A stretch of 64,000 nucleotides of DNA from Mantamonas sphyraenae STR306 (Eukaryota > Protista > CRuMs). Below, one piece after another: positions 59,933-64,000 of the stretch (its first letter is position 1; every line of letters begins with the position of its first letter). Made by a program: the position numbers and the translations under genes. Below the pieces are notes generated by a model. That model saw only the letters and a list, made by a program, of their open reading frames with translations. It made no database searches and was not told where the DNA came from. The stretch is from NCBI GenBank assembly GCA_026936335.1, contig JAPMXV010000055.1:62001-126000 (forward strand). Direction: 5' to 3'.

Positions 59933-62122
59933 TCACGGTGCACGCATCAGGTGTTTGCCAAATCGTGCGGGAGGGAGTCCACTCGGATACAGGCGTGTTC
60001 GCCATTCCCACGAGAGCACAGCCTGTGTCCAACCGTCCGTAAAGGCAGCACCAAACATACGCGTGAGCAGAAGCATGGTGGCGATGCACAAGCAGACGCC
60101 AATGTGGAAAGCGGCGATCCCGCCCACAATCCACACCCAGCTCTGGCCTGCGGGCGCAAGGAGATACAGAGAGCCGGTCATGTTGAGCACGACCGAGACA
60201 ATAAAGCCACCAAACAGGAGGCAGAGGTAGTGGAAGCGCTTGGAAAGACGTTCGGCCAGAATGAGGGGAACGGCGCTGATCAGCGACGGGATCATCCACG
60301 ACACCATCATGAGAAGAGAGTAGGGCTCGAATCGAGCAGGTGATCGCACCAAACCAAACTGTTCGCACCATTGGTCGTGGAAGTGGCCAAAGCGGCCAAT
60401 CATGAACGCGCAGATGGTGACAATAACAGCCAACGACCACGGGAGCACAAAGGAGCACGCAAGCACGGTGTCGACGTCGAGGAAGCCCAGCGCAAGAGCA
60501 GCAGCTACCCACGAGCCGCAGATGACGCCAAAGATGAGGCGGAAGCGCCAGCGCCAAACGCCCTGACCGTGGAGGAAAGGCAATTCGAGCAGGCTGGTGG
60601 CAAAGTAGACGATGAGTTGAGCGACGACGACGCCGTGGTACATGGTGCTGAGAAAGAGCACAGTGAGGGTGGTGAGGTCGGCGATGGAGGAGGCAAGCAT
60701 TTGGACAGCACGGGGCCAGTAGGCAAAGTGGATGCCCCACTCGCTTGCGATGGCGTACGGGTCGGCTGGGGCCGCGGGGCCATACAGGCCAAAGTTGAAG
60801 TATGTAAAGGTCAAAAAGATGGCCCACAGACCACTGGAAAACATGACGACGAGTGGGAGGAGAGGAGGGGCGCGTAGGAGGAAGCGGTGACGTCGCCAGC
60901 GGACTAGAAATATGGTAAAGGCCATGTGGAGAGGCACCTGGGCGAGACCGAGGATGGGGGTCATGTATACGCACCAAAGGATGGAGAGGAAGGGAAGGAT
61001 GAGGAGATCGCCGACGAGCATGTGCTTGATGGTGGGCTCGGTGATGGTGGCTTCTGTTTTCTGCACGCGCTCGTTGACAGTGCGGCGCTGGCGCTGGTGG
61101 GCTTCGTTCTCTGCATAGCGCACAAACGCATCACGCCAGTGACCCTGGACGCGGAGCTGGGTGGCGTCGACATTGCTGGGCAGGGAGAAGAAGGATTGGA
61201 GGCCGTCGCTGAGAAAGAGCTGACGCCAGAGCATCTCATCGAGGCAGAAGCGATACCATGCACGGGAGACCTGCGAGGCACGGCAGACGTCCTGAGGCGA
61301 GAGCATGCCGAGGATGTCGACCATGACGGAGGGCGGAAGGAAAAGCAGCGGGTCGAAACGAGTGACGACAAACTGGACGAGAATGGAAAACTCTCTGGCC
61401 ATGTCCTGTTGCATGTGTGCGTCTGTGTCGGGGTTCCACTCTGTGGAGGAGCTTGCAGAGGTGGACGGGTGGTCATGGGCCAAGTCCGCGCTGCCGTCTG
61501 TGGAGAGCGAGTCAAGATACGCATCGAGGAGCGACCCTGACTGTGTGGCCTGCAAAGAGGTTTCGCGATGGGTCACCTGGGATTTGCGCGGGGCAAGCTC
61601 GCTGCTGCCAGCGCGCCGTTGTCGTTCCTCCAAATGCTGGACGACAAAGCTGGTGGGAAATTTGTGTGTGAAGTTCTCCAAAAGCAGCCGCTGCTTTTCA
61701 GGCGTGTTGAAGTCCTGCAAGTCGTGTGGTCCATCCTCCACGGGCTGGCCTTGGCTGTCCAGGAACACCGTGCCGTGCGGTTGCAGTTCCGGGTGGAGGA
61801 GTGCAGTTGTGTCAAGGCCCACTTGCGGGAAGGCGGAGTTGAGAAATGCCCGTTCGGGCTGGGTTAGCTCCGCGCTGAGGTCGTACACCCACTTTGGGTA
61901 CGGTGCGCCGTGCTTGAGAGACGCGAGAATGTGCAAGTCAAATGCATCTGCGGCGGTGGAGACGGAGGACGTGGGGTGGCTGCGTGTGCGAGAGGGCGAG
62001 CCTTGGCCGCGCGGTGAAATGGTGCTCGAGTCGCCCTGGTCGCTTTCCGACGACGAGGACGACTGCGAGTCGAGAGACACAAGACTTCCGAAACTGTTGT
62101 TCCGTGTGTACGGGGTTCGCAT
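59933..62122 (-). CDS. F-box protein with polytopic (~9-10 TM) C-terminal membrane domain
   Basis: F-box DPLLFLPPSVMVDILGMLSPQDVCRASQVSRAWYRFCLDEMLWRQLF followed in the same frame by many hydrophobic helices. Confidence 0.78.
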   Translation of the reverse strand: MRTPYTRNNSFGSLVSLDSQSSSSSESDQGDSSTISPRGQGSPSRTRSHPTSSVSTAADAFDLHILASLKHGAPYPKWVYDLSAELTQPERAFLNSAFPQVGLDTTALLHPELQPHGTVFLDSQGQPVEDGPHDLQDFNTPEKQRLLLENFTHKFPTSFVVQHLEERQRRAGSSELAPRKSQVTHRETSLQATQSGSLLDAYLDSLSTDGSADLAHDHPSTSASSSTEWNPDTDAHMQQDMAREFSILVQFVVTRFDPLLFLPPSVMVDILGMLSPQDVCRASQVSRAWYRFCLDEMLWRQLFLSDGLQSFFSLPSNVDATQLRVQGHWRDAFVRYAENEAHQRQRRTVNERVQKTEATITEPTIKHMLVGDLLILPFLSILWCVYMTPILGLAQVPLHMAFTIFLVRWRRHRFLLRAPPLLPLVVMFSSGLWAIFLTFTYFNFGLYGPAAPADPYAIASEWGIHFAYWPRAVQMLASSIADLTTLTVLFLSTMYHGVVVAQLIVYFATSLLELPFLHGQGVWRWRFRLIFGVICGSWVAAALALGFLDVDTVLACSFVLPWSLAVIVTICAFMIGRFGHFHDQWCEQFGLVRSPARFEPYSLLMMVSWMIPSLISAVPLILAERLSKRFHYLCLLFGGFIVSVVLNMTGSLYLLAPAGQSWVWIVGGIAAFHIGVCLCIATMLLLTRMFGAAFTDGWTQAVLSWEWRTRLYPSGLPPARFGKHLMRAP

Positions 62123-62205
62123 GCGTGGTTGGCGGAGCCGGGGCGTGGCAGCGTGCGTCGTTTGCGCCACACCTTTTTCCTTTTTCCGACAGCAACACCG
62201 ACGAC

Positions 62206-64000
62206 ATGTTTCGGCGCAGCACACGCACGTGCACGCGTGTGTTTACACACACAGGCACAACGTCAATGGCCGTGCGCCACAACGCACACTTTGCAGCAAA
62301 CACCAAAGCGCTGAATGTGATTGACGGCTCGCTCGTCAACGAAGAGTCGGAGGAGTACCAGGTTCGTGAACAGAGAGAGAGAGAGAGAGAGGGAGACAGA
62401 GGGAGGGGAGACGGGTTGGGCTGAAGGAGGGGATGCATGTTGATTGCAAACGGGAGGGGCCGGGGTTTGAAGAAGGAGGGTTGGCGAACGAAAAAGGCAA
62501 CGGGGCGGGGTGAACTGACACGATGCGGGGCCACACCCACAGCGGAACTACAAAGAGCAAAGCGAACTGGAAGCACACCTGGAAGGAGTGGTGAGGTCTA
62601 TCAAAGAAGGGACGGACGCAAGGGTGCGGGAGAGGCACGTGAAACGAGGCAAGATGCTTGTGAGGGACCGCATCAACGCGTTCCTGGACAGCGGGTCGCC
62701 GTTCCTGGAGATCGGGCAGTTGGGAGGGTATGAACTGGACAAGGACCACGACGCTGGCGGAGGGATTGTGACGGGCATTGGCAGTGTGCACGGGAAACAG
62801 TGCATGATTGTGGCAAACGACGCGACGGTAAAGGGAGGGACGTACCTGATGGCGACGCTGAAGAAGCATCTGCGTGCGCAGGAGATTGCAGCAAACAACA
62901 GACTGCCCTGCGTGTACATGGTGGACTCTGGTGGAGGGTTTCTGCCTCGCCAGAGCGAGGGGTTTGCGGACAGGGACCACTTTGGGCAAATCTTTTACAA
63001 CCAGGCGAACCTGAGTGCGGCAGGCATCCCGCAGGTGGCACTGGTCATGGGCTCGTGCACGGCAGGCGGCGCGTATATCCCGGCCATGTCGGACGAGGTG
63101 GTGATTGTGGAGAAGACGGGCACCATCTTTCTGGGAGGCCCGCCGTTGGTAAAGGCGGCAACAGGAGAGGTGGTGACACCGAATGAGTTGGGTGGCGCCG
63201 GGGTGCACACGCGCGAGTCGGGCGTGGCGGACCACTATGCAGAGAGTGATGCACATGCACTGGCGATCGGGCGAAGGATTGTGGCCAATCTGAACCTGGA
63301 GCGCGTGCCGCAGCTGGTTATGGAGCAGCAGGAGGAGGTGGAGGAGCCGTTGTGGAGTGCGGAACAGCTGAAGGGCATTGTACCTGTGGACAGCAAAGTG
63401 CCGTATGACGTGCGCCAGGTGATTGCTCGCGTGGTGGATGGCTCCCGCTTTGACGAGTTTAAGCAGGAGTACGGCAACACGCTGGTGACGGGCTTTGCCA
63501 CCATCGGAGGGTATCGCGTGGGAATCCTGGCCAACAATGGGATCTTGTTCAGCGAAAGTGCGCTGAAAGGGGCGCATCTGATCGAGCTGTGCTCACAGCG
63601 CGGCATCCCGCTGCTGTTCCTGCAGAACATCTCTGGGTTCATGGTGGGCAAGAGCTACGAAGCAGGAGGCATTGCCAAGGACGGTGCCAAGCTCGTGGGG
63701 GCCATTGCCACGTCCAAGGTGCCCAAGGTGACCATGATCATCGGCGGATCGTACGGGGCCGGCAACTACGGGATGTGTGGCCGCGCGTACCGGCCCAACT
63801 TTCTGTGGCTGTGGCCGAATGCACGAACGGCGGTGATGGGTGGTGAACAGGCAGCCAATGTGCTGGCGCAGGTGACACGAGACAAGTATGCAGCGCTGGG
63901 CAAAGAGTGGCCGGCCGAGGACGAGGAGAAGCTCAAGGCAGGCATCATCCACAAGTTTGCCAACGAGTCGAGCGCATACTACTCGTCGGCACGGGGATGG
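62206..64000 (+). CDS. MCCC2: 3-methylcrotonyl-CoA carboxylase beta subunit, mitochondrial (3' end outside window); intron 62362-62542
   Basis: Arg/Thr-rich transit peptide, [58 protein letters not shown] and [16 protein letters not shown]. Not in the ORF track because it has no stop in the window. Confidence 0.93.

Overview
Very gene-dense, GC-rich eukaryotic nuclear DNA with short spliceosomal introns (mostly ~70-180 nt, CTGAC/CTCAC-type branch points). The standard genetic code, an EF-1alpha lacking the opisthokont insertion and several centriole/cilium genes point to a flagellated non-opisthokont protist; I cannot name the species. About 33 protein-coding genes are supported, including eIF3g, LRRC34, RNF32, POLD3, a Pol iota-like polymerase, EF-1alpha, LRRC49, NUFIP1, RBX1, TatD, CEP95, RBBP5, PINX1, a CRT-like transporter, an MGMT-like protein and MCCC2. 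The most unusual structure is two independent inverted duplications. One copies calmodulin (18530-20351 vs 27914-29727). The other copies V-ATPase subunit e (42840-44058 vs 51514-53024), a gene missing from the ORF track. The spacers are almost the same length (7562 and 7455 bp). Other highlights: a gustatory-receptor-like 7TM channel candidate with a GC-AG intron, a box C/D snoRNA candidate in the last RBX1 intron, an intergenic H/ACA-like RNA, a long hairpin in the enlarged EF-1alpha intron, an F-box fused to a polytopic membrane domain, a PH protein with three copies of an unnamed repeat, and same-strand gene gaps as short as 8-36 nt. At least seven single-base frameshifts in conserved genes look like sequencing indels, so assembly artefacts must be excluded. 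All family calls are from motif recognition, not database searches.
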